From a bacterium (GTDB lineage Bacteria; Patescibacteriota; Minisyncoccia; Phycocordibacterales; UBA6065), in contig JAUXUT010000149.1 in the NCBI GenBank assembly GCA_030680695.1, forward strand, positions 357,000 to 420,999: a DNA stretch of 64,000 bases. The letters run 5' to 3'. The translations under genes and the position numbers were made by a program. The notes below the pieces were generated by a model. It was not told the origin of the DNA. It was given only the letters and a program-made list of their open reading frames with translations, and ran no database searches. This document shows positions 55,465 through 64,000 of this stretch, piece by piece; positions within the stretch are counted from its first letter, which is position 1, and each line of letters starts with the position of its first letter.

Positions 55465-55875
55465 TCATGCGCACTTTCTGTGCTCAGCCATAATCAATGA
55501 CCGAGACTTCTCAATGGAACGGATCACTGACTCGACGATCCGACCGTTGTCCATGTGCTCGAGGATGACGACTACCGCGATGAAGCGGTTGTATCTCCTC
55601 CGAGACTGTTTAAACCTGAACCTCCGAGCAAAATGTTCTGAACTTTTCACCTGAAGGAACACTTTGCCAAGATCATGGGTTTCGATAACATAATCAATTC
55701 CTTTATGATCCTGATCCGGGGTGGCCGGATACACAGTATGGAACCACTCAGGGAGCTTGTTCTGTCGCTCCATAAGGGCATCGAGAACTCGCACCTCCGT
55801 TTCTCTCCCTTTGCGCACGACCGCTTCGTGGCCCACGAGGCTAAACAGCCTCGATGTTCTGGTGAGGGCTTTCAT
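55465..55875 (-). CDS. hypothetical protein with a possible PD-(D/E)xK nuclease-like core
   Basis: GIDYVIETHDLGKVFLQVKSS fits a D...(E/Q)xK spacing. The assignment is weak. Confidence 0.25.
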   Translation of the reverse strand: MKALTRTSRLFSLVGHEAVVRKGRETEVRVLDALMERQNKLPEWFHTVYPATPDQDHKGIDYVIETHDLGKVFLQVKSSEHFARRFRFKQSRRRYNRFIAVVVILEHMDNGRIVESVIRSIEKSRSLIMAEHRKCA

Positions 55876-55956
55876 GGGGCTTCCCTTGCATTAAACATAA
55901 AAACGGTGAAAAAATCAATCGTTTCTGATATCATGAGCGAACCTATCTAATCGCCA

Positions 55957-58167
55957 ATGGAACCAAAGAAACCGCCATCCCAGCAACCATATCCGCCTGC
56001 AAACATCCCTGCGAAGTTCCTCAAACCATATGACCCAGCCTCGACGGAGGACGGCATATATAAGGCTTGGATTGATTCTGGATATTTCAACCCAGACAAT
56101 CTCCCTGCCCGTCACAAGGAGCCGTTCTCCATCGTGCTCCCACCTCCGAACGTGACGGGTATCCTTCATATGGGTTCAGCATTCATGATCGCCATCGAAG
56201 ACATCATGGTGCGATATAAACGTATGCGCGGATTCAAGACACTTTGGATTCCTGGAACGGATCATGCCGCCATTGCCACACAATCAAAAGTTGAGGGGGA
56301 TATATACAAAAAAGAAGGTAAGCGCCGCCAGGACCTCGGGCGCGAAGAACTGGTCCGCCGCATCGAAGCCTTCGCCAAAGAAAGCCACGACTCCATCGTG
56401 AATCAAATCCGCAAGGTCGGCGCATCAGTTGATTGGTCGCGTGAAGCGTACACCCTCGACGAGAAACGCTCGCTCGCTGTGCGAACCGTGTTCAAGATGA
56501 TGAATGACGAAGGCCTTATATACCGCGGCTATCGCGTTGTGAACTGGGACCCGAAAGGTCAGACGACCATATCAGACGACGAAATCGTATACACCGAGGG
56601 CAAGGGCAAGCTATACACCTTTAAATATTCAAAGGACTTCCCTATCTCTATCGCAACCACAAGACCAGAAACCAAAGTTGGCGACACTGGCGTTGCCGTG
56701 CATCCTGATGATCCCAGATATCAGCAATACATTGGCAAGGAATTCGATATCGAATTCGCGGGCGAGAAAATCCATATCAAAGTCGTTGGGGACAATGAAG
56801 TAAATCCGGAATTCGGCACAGGTGCGGTCGGAGTCACTCCAGCCCACAGTCACGTTGATTATGAAATTTCCCAACGTCATGGCTTGCCAATTGTTCCGGT
56901 CATAAACGAGTACGCCAAAATGAGCGTCACAGGCCCAATGCTCGCCGGCAAGAAAACAACCGACGCGCGCGAGACAGTTGTGGCTTGGCTCAAAGACCAG
57001 GGCCTTCTTGAAAAAGAAGAGGAAATCCCTCAAAACATGTCCACTGCCGAACGAACCGGCGGCATCGTTGAACCGTTGCCGAAACTACAATGGTTCGTGA
57101 ACGTGAATAAGAAAATACCTTCGCGAGGCAATCGATCCTTAAAGGAACTCATGCTCGACGCTGTGACGAAGGACGGTATCAAAATCATCCCGGAAAATTT
57201 CGAACGTGTGTATATGCATTGGATATCGAATCTCCGCGACTGGTGCATATCGCGCCAGATTTGGTTCGGTCATCGTGTGCCTGTTTGGTATCGCACAGAC
57301 GCGTCAGGAAAAGATGAATTGTATTGCGGCGTCACACCCCCATCCGGCGAAGGTTGGACACAAGATGAAGACACCCTCGACACCTGGTTCTCTTCGGGCC
57401 TTTGGACATTCTCTACTCTTGGTTGGCCTGAAGAAACCGCCGATTTCAAAACCTTCCACCCTACAGCTGTACTCGAAACGGGGTATGATATCCTGCCGTT
57501 CTGGGTCGCGCGAATGATACTTATGTCGCAATACGTGCTCGGTACTGTTCCATTTAAAACCGTCTATTTCCACGGCATCGTACGTGACGAGAAGGGCCGT
57601 AAAATTTCAAAGTCGCTAGGTAACAACATTGATCCAGTGGACATGGCTATGAAATATGGTGCCGATGCTGTACGCATGGGCCTCATTGTTGGCACAGGTC
57701 CCGGTTCAGATTCGAAAATCAGCGAAAACAAGATAAAAGGCTACAAGAACTTCGCGAACAAAATCTGGAACATCACCCGATTCGTCCTTTCTTCGACTGA
57801 AGGTGTTTCTCTCGACCGTGGCTTCACAGAATGGTCTGCGGACGACGCAAAAATTATGTCTAACTTCTCTGCCCTGCTCGTCGAAGTGACAAAAGAAATG
57901 GACGAATTCAAATATCACATTGTTGCCGAGAAACTATACGGATATGTATGGCGCGAATTCGCCGATGTCATACTCGAAGCATCAAAAAAAGTGCTCGCCG
58001 AAGGAAGCGATGCGGATAAAATATCCCGAAAACAACTCCTCCTCCACATCCTTGAAAAATCCCTACGCGCCCTTCATCCTTTCGCGCCTTTCGTAACCGA
58101 GGAAATATGGAAAGATATGCCGATAGCGGACAAAAAACCCCTCATTATCGAGGAATGGCCACGGTAA
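55957..58167 (+). CDS. valS: valyl-tRNA synthetase (compact form lacking the C-terminal coiled coil)
   Basis: PPPNVTGILHMGSAFMIAIEDIMVRYKRMRGFKTLWIPGTDHAAIATQ HIGH region and KISKSLGN KMSKS motif. Confidence 0.85.
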   Translation: MEPKKPPSQQPYPPANIPAKFLKPYDPASTEDGIYKAWIDSGYFNPDNLPARHKEPFSIVLPPPNVTGILHMGSAFMIAIEDIMVRYKRMRGFKTLWIPGTDHAAIATQSKVEGDIYKKEGKRRQDLGREELVRRIEAFAKESHDSIVNQIRKVGASVDWSREAYTLDEKRSLAVRTVFKMMNDEGLIYRGYRVVNWDPKGQTTISDDEIVYTEGKGKLYTFKYSKDFPISIATTRPETKVGDTGVAVHPDDPRYQQYIGKEFDIEFAGEKIHIKVVGDNEVNPEFGTGAVGVTPAHSHVDYEISQRHGLPIVPVINEYAKMSVTGPMLAGKKTTDARETVVAWLKDQGLLEKEEEIPQNMSTAERTGGIVEPLPKLQWFVNVNKKIPSRGNRSLKELMLDAVTKDGIKIIPENFERVYMHWISNLRDWCISRQIWFGHRVPVWYRTDASGKDELYCGVTPPSGEGWTQDEDTLDTWFSSGLWTFSTLGWPEETADFKTFHPTAVLETGYDILPFWVARMILMSQYVLGTVPFKTVYFHGIVRDEKGRKISKSLGNNIDPVDMAMKYGADAVRMGLIVGTGPGSDSKISENKIKGYKNFANKIWNITRFVLSSTEGVSLDRGFTEWSADDAKIMSNFSALLVEVTKEMDEFKYHIVAEKLYGYVWREFADVILEASKKVLAEGSDADKISRKQLLLHILEKSLRALHPFAPFVTEEIWKDMPIADKKPLIIEEWPR

Positions 58168-58189
58168 AGGTGCGGTAGAATAGATACGT

Positions 58190-58897
58190 ATGCTCGAAAG
58201 CATCCCTATGTCGTCCGCTCTCTTTTATTCTCTCATCGGAGGTATCCTTCCTGCCCTTTTCTGGCTCTGGTTTTGGACGCGGGAAGACAAACTCCATCCG
58301 GAGCCGCGATCCCGTCTCCTTCTCACCTTCATCGCCGGTATGATTGCTGTGCCACTCGTGTACTTTCCACAGCGTTGGACTTATGAATATTTTGGCACAA
58401 TAAACACGTCGCTTCTCCTCGCCTGGGCGGTCATCGAGGAACTAGCAAAATATATCGTCGTAGGTTTCGCAGCACTGCGCAGTCGAGATTATGACGAACC
58501 GATTGATGCCATGACATACCTCATCACTGGCGCCCTCGGTTTTGCGGCTCTCGAAAACACACTTTTTATCCTCAATCCGTTCCTTGCGGGCGAAACGATG
58601 CAAACAATATTCGCCCAAGGCAATATGCGTTTTATTGGGGCATCACTCCTGCATGTTGTCACTGCTGCGGTGCTCGGATACTGTATAGGTCGCGAGTTTT
58701 ATAGGCCTACGATTGAAAAGAATCTCTGGCGTATATTCGGCCTCTCTCTCGCCATCGCATTGCACACTCTCTTCAACGTGTTTATAATATACGGGAACGG
58801 AAGCAAGACTTTTCTCGTCTTCTCGTGCGTATGGATTGCTGGGATTATAGTCCTACTTCTATTCGAGAAAATAAAACAGATAAAAGCCAACAACTAA
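58190..58897 (+). CDS. prsW: PrsW-family intramembrane metalloprotease
   Basis: EELAKY (EExxK), FAALENTLF (FxxxE) and HTLFN motifs within a multi-TM scaffold. Confidence 0.65.
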   Translation: MLESIPMSSALFYSLIGGILPALFWLWFWTREDKLHPEPRSRLLLTFIAGMIAVPLVYFPQRWTYEYFGTINTSLLLAWAVIEELAKYIVVGFAALRSRDYDEPIDAMTYLITGALGFAALENTLFILNPFLAGETMQTIFAQGNMRFIGASLLHVVTAAVLGYCIGREFYRPTIEKNLWRIFGLSLAIALHTLFNVFIIYGNGSKTFLVFSCVWIAGIIVLLLFEKIKQIKANN

Positions 58898-58898
58898 C

Positions 58899-59348
58899 AT
58901 GCAACCAGCGAAAAAATCGTTCTTCGAGCGTCTCACCGGCAATGGCAGGGTCGAGGACGAGATGATTGATGGCGAGGAATCAGATTCTCGCGCCAACATA
59001 CTCGAAGAGTCTGAAACAGACGGTCAACTCACCGTGGATGTATACCAAACTCCTAATGAAATCGTCATCAGGACGATGGTTGCTGGTGTAAAACCAGAAG
59101 ATCTCGACATAAACATCACCCGCGACATGGTTTCTATACGAGGCAGCCGCGAAGAATCGACAGAATCCCACAACCAGGATTATTTCCATCGCGAACTTTA
59201 CTGGGGCTCATTCTCAAGGACCATCATGCTCCCCGAGGAAATCGAGGTTGAGGAAGCAGAGGCCGTCGAGAGACATGGACTCCTCACCATCAAGCTTCCA
59301 AAAATAGACAAGTCCAAGCAAAATAAGCTCCGCGTAAAGTCGGTATAG
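58899..59348 (+). CDS. Hsp20/alpha-crystallin family small heat-shock protein
   Basis: LTVDVYQTPNEIVIRTMVAGVKPEDLDINITRDMVSIRGSRE...GLLTIKLPK matches the alpha-crystallin domain. Confidence 0.8.
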   Translation: MQPAKKSFFERLTGNGRVEDEMIDGEESDSRANILEESETDGQLTVDVYQTPNEIVIRTMVAGVKPEDLDINITRDMVSIRGSREESTESHNQDYFHRELYWGSFSRTIMLPEEIEVEEAEAVERHGLLTIKLPKIDKSKQNKLRVKSV

Positions 59349-59373
59349 GCGCCACAAGGCCCCCTAGACGCAA

Positions 59374-59406
59374 GAAATCGCCCTATACGGGGCGATTTCT
59401 TGTTTT
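59374..59406 (+). terminator. terminator after the Hsp20 gene
   Basis: AGAAATCGCCCtatacGGGGCGATTTCT followed by TGTTTT. Confidence 0.6.
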
Positions 59407-59481
59407 GGTGCTTGGACCCAGGTTCGAACTGGGGACCCCTTCCTCTTCAGGGAAGTGCTCTACCAACTGAGCTATCCAAGC
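59407..59481 (-). tRNA. tRNA-Phe (anticodon GAA)
   Basis: Reverse complement gives GCTTGGA-TAGCTCAGTTGGTAGAGC...CTTCC-CTGAAGA-GGAAG...TTCGAAC...TCCAAGC-A-CCA. Confidence 0.85.
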
Positions 59482-59542
59482 AATCCTGGCCCACCGTGGG
59501 CCCGTATAATGTAAGCTTTTTTGAGCCAAATCGCAAGCAGAA

Positions 59543-59764
59543 CTATGTGGTGCCAAATACAGCCTCTTCCAAGGAACCAACGCGGTTGTCGTCAATCCGA
59601 TTTGAAAGTGCATTGAAACGATAGTCGATCTTTTGATCGAGACCGTCGATTTTTTTATCCAACCTCCCGATTTCGGTTCTCAGCTCATGGCGCATGACGT
59701 CTTTAACCTCTTCGAGGCCCCGCATCGTCATTTCAGCCAGCTTGTCGATAGTAATCTTCCCCAT
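59543..59764 (-). CDS. small coiled-coil protein (hypothetical; possible paralog of 43718-43999)
   Basis: EIGRLDKKIDGLDQKIDYRFNALSNRIDD heptad pattern and no TM. Confidence 0.3.
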   Translation of the reverse strand: MGKITIDKLAEMTMRGLEEVKDVMRHELRTEIGRLDKKIDGLDQKIDYRFNALSNRIDDNRVGSLEEAVFGTT

Positions 59765-59831
59765 GCCGTCATCTTAACACAGCAACAATCTCCGTAGAGA
59801 GTGGAACGATATCCACACTTTTAGATTTTAT

Positions 59832-60050
59832 TTAGATCGAAAGGATCTGACTGTACGCGTCCTTCGCGGTATCCACATATGGCTGTAGGAAATACAAGGC
59901 CCCTAGCGAAAGACCGATAATAAATAACCAGTAAACGGCCGTCATGATGTTCGCTATGCGGCGGGAGCGTTTGAGCATCTTGAGATCGCGCGAGTTGGAG
60001 GCGGTCGCTTCGCGTATTTCTACTAACATCTGGTGTTCTTCTGGTGTCAT
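59832..60050 (-). CDS. small single-TM protein (holin-like topology; hypothetical)
   Basis: 72 aa; charged N-terminus, then one TM (IMTAVYWLFIIGLSLGALYFL), immediately downstream of the giant S74 protein. Confidence 0.25.
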   Translation of the reverse strand: MTPEEHQMLVEIREATASNSRDLKMLKRSRRIANIMTAVYWLFIIGLSLGALYFLQPYVDTAKDAYSQILSI

Positions 60051-60069
60051 GAGTCTATGATATCACGGC

Positions 60070-63000
60070 TTACCCGGTCGCCTCTTCTTCTAGCACCGGC
60101 TCTGGTTCTTGTGCCTCATCATTGTCGTAATTTACGAGTGAAACCGTCTTCGCTGATACACCGTTCCAATTGATATCCACGCTCGACGATACTCCAACTA
60201 TGACCGTGTACGAGACGGGTCCATCAATCTCGGAGTCATCGACACCGGTAATCGTTATCGTCTGATAGACATTCCAGTTCGACGGTGTAAACGTAATTGT
60301 TGAATGCGATAACTCGCCCTCAGTCGGATCAGATATCGTTATCGGGAACGTGACGTCGGCAAGAGGGGCGGAATCTAGTACAACCGTGAACGATGCGGCG
60401 CCGCCCCCCTCGCTTGTCGATAATTCTGGTGCGTGGGTAATGGTGTACTTACCTGTGGCTGTCGAAACCGGCGATTCATCGACGTTGTTATTCCCGGCAT
60501 TAGACTGAGGCTCTGGATTGCCAGAAGGCGCAACTGTGCCGCCACAGACACCGGACTCGCTCTTCATTGCACCGTTCTCGACGAACATACAAACTGGCTC
60601 CCCTGTCGCGCGGTCAAATATGGTGATACCTGATGCCGCAAGGTTATTCGTATCGCCAACTGTAAGGCTTTTTGTCTGGATGAAGTCTGCAACAATTGCC
60701 ACAAATCTGACATACGCGTTCTCGATCGTCGCGCCTAACGATGAGAACCAACCAGAGACAATGGACGTAACGGTCGAGGTTGAGGTCTGACCCATGGTTG
60801 AGCCGCTTGCTAACAGCGACTCGATGGAGTCAAGCCTGCTTTCCGTGAGCGAAAGGCGTGCTGTCGTAGACGCGAGCGAGATATCTAACTCTTTCACCGC
60901 ATTTACGATTGATGCTAGTATTGGCCTTTCAGCGAGCGACAGATATCCTTGCGAATTAGTAAATACAGCTTCAGGTATGAATTCCCCGATGTTCTGCGCA
61001 GAGAATCCGGCATATACGTTGAACGTTTCTAGACCCGACGTCCCATTCCATCGGTACAGGATTGGGGTTATACCGCGGATATCAGCGAGGCCACGTCCAA
61101 ACGAGCCTGTTATGTCCTTGAGCCTTTCATCGGACGACGCTGTGACGTTTCCAAGCGTATCTGTCACGAGGTTTCCGCCCGCACTACCGAGTGCTTCGAA
61201 ACGAACAGTACCGGTGTTCGTAAGCTGAGCCGATGGTGAGGTGGTACCGATGCCCACGTTCCCTCCGCTTGTCACAACGAACCGCGACGATGTCGCAAGA
61301 GCTGTGACACTCGAGACGCGAAACAGGTCCGACGTTGCGTTATTGAGTCCGACTAGGTCGAGGCGTGCGGCCGGGGTCGTCGACCCGATGCCGACCGAGC
61401 CCGATCGCATGGTTACGATCTGCTCTCCTGCCGCGTAAAACGTGAGGAGGTTCTGGATAGCGCCTATGTCAGAGCCGAACTGTATGCCCCTATCAGAACC
61501 GACGACCTTCACGTCAATGACAGGCCTGTCTGTGCCGCCCTGATATGTAGAAAGAGTGAATGGGTTGTTGGAACTGAACCTATTAGTTATGGTCGTGCGA
61601 TATATGTCACTTGCAGAAAGGCGTATATCCGTTTGGGCGTTCTGTCGATATGCCTCAATCGTGGTACCAGGAGTCGTAGTACCAATACCGACATTACCCT
61701 CATTCGTGATCCTGAGCCTTTCGACTATAGAAGCTCCTGTCCCTCCAGAGTTTGTGAAGAAAGTGAGACCAGACTGAAAGTTACCTGTGTTTTCACGAAC
61801 ACCAGCTATCCTCGCGCCAATCGAGTCAGAACCGAAGAAGTCGAAATCTATAGCAGCAGAAGTACCAACTGCACCGCCTTCATTTTTGAGTTTAACTCCA
61901 GCAATAGTATTACCAGAACTTGAACTATAGACCTCAAGTTTTCTCGTAGCACTTACCGTGCCGATACCAACATTTCCATTATCCAACACGGTCACTCGTG
62001 GGGTATTTGCAGAGTCAGCAAGCTGTAAAAGATTTCCTGTGCCGGTGCCAGAACCTGTGACAGAAAGCTTCGCAGAAGGAGATGTTGTACCGATGCCGAC
62101 GTTTCCATTATCAAGCACCGTGAACCTTTCAACATTAGCCGAATTCGCAACTGTGAATGCTCTACCCGTGCCGGTGCCGGAACCTGTGACAGAAAGCTTC
62201 GCAGAAGGAGATGTTGTACCGATGCCGAAGTTGCCCGTAGGAGATACCGCGAAACTGTACGCGCCCGCAACATCATCAAAGAGACCAATCCCACCCGCAA
62301 GCGTTCCGGCGGAATCGCTCGCTATAATACGCCATGAGCGACCGCCCGTTCCGGTGTTAAGGAGGCCTAAAGAGAGATTTCCCTGGGCGGCAAGCTGCGC
62401 CGATCCAGAGATGGTCAATGAGAAGCCAGGGGTTGTTGTACCAATTCCGACGTTACCTGCGGCGGTAATCCTCATCTTTTCTGAAGCGGTAACTCCTGAA
62501 GATGTATAAAATGCCATCACAGAACCGTACCCACCTCCGGAATAGACTCCGAGCGCCTTGAGGTTGATCACCGATGTACCAACACCCCCCGGATTTGTAT
62601 AAGAACCATCAACTCCGAAACCACTACCGTAGTTCGAGTTCAAAGATGGCGTATTCACCATGAGAGACGATCCAGCAGTGCCCACTGCTCCAACAGTAAG
62701 CTGACCGGTTGTAAGAGTACTACCCCCAACACCCCAAGAAAGGCTTGAAGAACCCGTAAAGGAAACTGTACCGGTAGCCGTGAGATTCGCTACTGAAAGA
62801 TTACCAGAAAAGAGTCCATCACCCTGAACCGAAAACTTTTGTGAAGGTGTAGTTGTGCCGATTCCGACGTTTCCATTATCAAGCACAGTGAACCTTTCCG
62901 TGTTCGCCGAATTCGCAACTGTGAATGCCCTACCTGTGCCGGTGCCAGAACCTGTGACCGCAAGACGTGCTACTGGCGATGTTGTGCCTATTCCAACGGC

Positions 63001-64000
63001 CGTAGTGGTATAACGAACCAACTCGGTGCCACCCACATAAAATGATATCGGTCTGCCTGAATTGTCTCCTTCAAAATATGACCCCACAGAGTCGGCTCCA
63101 AGCCTGAAGAAACTTCCAGGCGTACTAGCACTGTGAAAAGCTCCGACACCGACAACATCAAGTGCCCGTGATGGTGTAGTTGTGCCGATACCCACATTCC
63201 CCGACGCCGTCACAGTAAACCTGGTTGAACCACTTGTTTCTAAATGCAAATCATTTGCATCATTCGTGCCCAGTATTGCAGCAGCCCCGAATGAATTGCC
63301 GTTGTGTTGGAAGAACGACGCACCGAAACCAAGAGATGATGTGGCAATCGACGTAACATTACCACTCTGGCCGAAGAGGACGCCTGAAAGGGATCCGACC
63401 GAAAGACCTGATGTGGTGGTGGTTCCAGTTGCGGTCATGTCCACTGATGTGAGATTGCCCGTGAAGTATCCATTACCCTCGACAGAGAGGCGCTCTGAAG
63501 GAGACGTGGTACCGATGCCGACGTTGCCTGTGGAAGTAATACGCATCGCCTCGGATGCTCCCGTGTAGAAACTAAGGAGTGCGGCCCCTACACCCGAAGC
63601 GGTCCTCGACTGAATAAAGCTTCCAGTGGCATCGACTCCGAAATCAAGTTGATTGACAGAGTTCACCACTTTCACATTTGTGTCGTCGGCTGTATCGCGC
63701 GCAACAACAAGTCTCTGTGTTGGAGATGTGGTGCCGATACCGATGTTGCCATCAGCAGTCACTGTGACACGCGCGATACCATTCGTCTCGAAGTTTAGGT
63801 CGAACGCATCGTTTGTTCCAATCGTCGTGGTGGTTCCGAACGAGTTACCGTCGTTCATGAATGCATCGCCGACGATTGCTGCAACCGATGTTGTACCGAC
63901 ATCACCATTAGCAGCGACAAGTATTCCAGTGAGTCCACCGAGAGTGAGCGAACCTTGCACCGATATATTGCCGCCGACAGATGCGTTATCTGCGATAGAT
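60070..64000 (-). CDS. giant beta-helical repeat protein (over 1300 aa, N-terminus beyond the window) with a peptidase-S74 intramolecular-chaperone domain and a C-terminal extension
   Basis: Dozens of GN(V/I)GIGTT(S/T)PS and TGSGTGTG repeats. SSDERLKDITGS...GFSAQNIGEFIPEAV matches the S74 (endosialidase chaperone) SDxRLK motif. The frame stays open to the window edge. The track's M is actually a GTG codon. Confidence 0.7.
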   Translation of the reverse strand, partial: SIADNASVGGNISVQGSLTLGGLTGILVAANGDVGTTSVAAIVGDAFMNDGNSFGTTTTIGTNDAFDLNFETNGIARVTVTADGNIGIGTTSPTQRLVVARDTADDTNVKVVNSVNQLDFGVDATGSFIQSRTASGVGAALLSFYTGASEAMRITSTGNVGIGTTSPSERLSVEGNGYFTGNLTSVDMTATGTTTTSGLSVGSLSGVLFGQSGNVTSIATSSLGFGASFFQHNGNSFGAAAILGTNDANDLHLETSGSTRFTVTASGNVGIGTTTPSRALDVVGVGAFHSASTPGSFFRLGADSVGSYFEGDNSGRPISFYVGGTELVRYTTTAVGIGTTSPVARLAVTGSGTGTGRAFTVANSANTERFTVLDNGNVGIGTTTPSQKFSVQGDGLFSGNLSVANLTATGTVSFTGSSSLSWGVGGSTLTTGQLTVGAVGTAGSSLMVNTPSLNSNYGSGFGVDGSYTNPGGVGTSVINLKALGVYSGGGYGSVMAFYTSSGVTASEKMRITAAGNVGIGTTTPGFSLTISGSAQLAAQGNLSLGLLNTGTGGRSWRIIASDSAGTLAGGIGLFDDVAGAYSFAVSPTGNFGIGTTSPSAKLSVTGSGTGTGRAFTVANSANVERFTVLDNGNVGIGTTSPSAKLSVTGSGTGTGNLLQLADSANTPRVTVLDNGNVGIGTVSATRKLEVYSSSSGNTIAGVKLKNEGGAVGTSAAIDFDFFGSDSIGARIAGVRENTGNFQSGLTFFTNSGGTGASIVERLRITNEGNVGIGTTTPGTTIEAYRQNAQTDIRLSASDIYRTTITNRFSSNNPFTLSTYQGGTDRPVIDVKVVGSDRGIQFGSDIGAIQNLLTFYAAGEQIVTMRSGSVGIGSTTPAARLDLVGLNNATSDLFRVSSVTALATSSRFVVTSGGNVGIGTTSPSAQLTNTGTVRFEALGSAGGNLVTDTLGNVTASSDERLKDITGSFGRGLADIRGITPILYRWNGTSGLETFNVYAGFSAQNIGEFIPEAVFTNSQGYLSLAERPILASIVNAVKELDISLASTTARLSLTESRLDSIESLLASGSTMGQTSTSTVTSIVSGWFSSLGATIENAYVRFVAIVADFIQTKSLTVGDTNNLAASGITIFDRATGEPVCMFVENGAMKSESGVCGGTVAPSGNPEPQSNAGNNNVDESPVSTATGKYTITHAPELSTSEGGGAASFTVVLDSAPLADVTFPITISDPTEGELSHSTITFTPSNWNVYQTITITGVDDSEIDGPVSYTVIVGVSSSVDINWNGVSAKTVSLVNYDNDEAQEPEPVLEEEATG

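Noticed and set aside
59832-60050. Calling the 72-aa single-TM protein a holin and the locus a prophage
   Set aside because: The call rests on topology alone. No lysin, terminase, capsid or integrase genes lie within the window, so I kept it as a hypothesis in the findings.
1-64000. Possibility of an alternative genetic code (UGA=Gly, as in some Candidate Phyla Radiation lineages)
   Set aside because: TGA closes ORFs at 7140-7142 and 26792-26794, and long conserved genes show no in-frame TGA interruptions. The standard code 11 fits.
1-64000. CRISPR arrays, rRNA genes, integrases or transposases
   Set aside because: I found no short regularly spaced direct repeats, no rRNA-like sequence, and no recombinase or transposase motifs. 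The only internal repeats are the intragenic repeats of the giant S74 protein gene.

Overview
This 64 kb window reads as a gene-dense, largely housekeeping chromosomal segment. By inference from gene content only, it may come from a small-genome Gram-positive-type bacterium, possibly Candidate Phyla Radiation/Patescibacteria-like. The inference rests on: a short IF-2, type-B L31 and a Cys-less L33, two free-standing LAGLIDADG endonucleases, a giant beta-helical-repeat protein with a peptidase-S74 domain, no Shine-Dalgarno-dependent starts, and several leaderless or tRNA-coupled genes. The standard code appears to apply, because TGA terminates at least two ORFs (7140-7142 and 26792-26794). Recognisable genes include prfA (partial), rpmE, rplY, ftsQ, serS, dprA, topA, parB, miaA, rarA, rpmG, alr, clpB, a cysteine desulfurase, infB, rbfA, gyrA, rpsA, pth, lepB, a HisRS-like gene, rpsU, ybeY, ftsA, ftsZ, trxB, a MacAB-like ABC system plus an M23 peptidase, dedA, mscL, a P-type ATPase, tsaD, valS, prsW and an Hsp20. 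I resolved 12 tRNAs by hand: Leu-CAA, Trp, Tyr, Cys, Leu-TAA, Lys-CTT, Leu-TAG, Glu, Ser-CGA, Val, Phe, and a 4-tRNA cluster at 23.6-24.1 kb. I found no rRNA, no CRISPR and no integrase or transposase. The most interesting region is 24.6-32.2 kb, downstream of the tRNA cluster. It contains an insulated SPFH/NfeD-like membrane pair behind a perfect sigma70-consensus promoter. It is followed by a minus-strand operon that encodes a SAM methyltransferase, an orphan membrane-anchored solute-binding protein, and five tandem paralogous small secreted two-helix membrane proteins with TrbC/VirB2 (conjugative-pilin)-like architecture. Other notable items are: a recurring strong promoter module (TTGACAAA ... 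GGGTGTATAAT), one copy of which drives an ORF-less ~140 nt candidate sRNA next to a perfect 18-bp palindrome and a divergent HTH regulator; homing endonucleases abutting tRNA genes; four protein genes that start within 1-20 nt of a tRNA 3' end; a rearranged trypsin-like pseudo-protease that overlaps clpB; long nested hairpin elements; and an internally repetitive giant S74 protein that runs off the window end. All functional calls come from motifs I could read directly in the translations. I ran no database searches.
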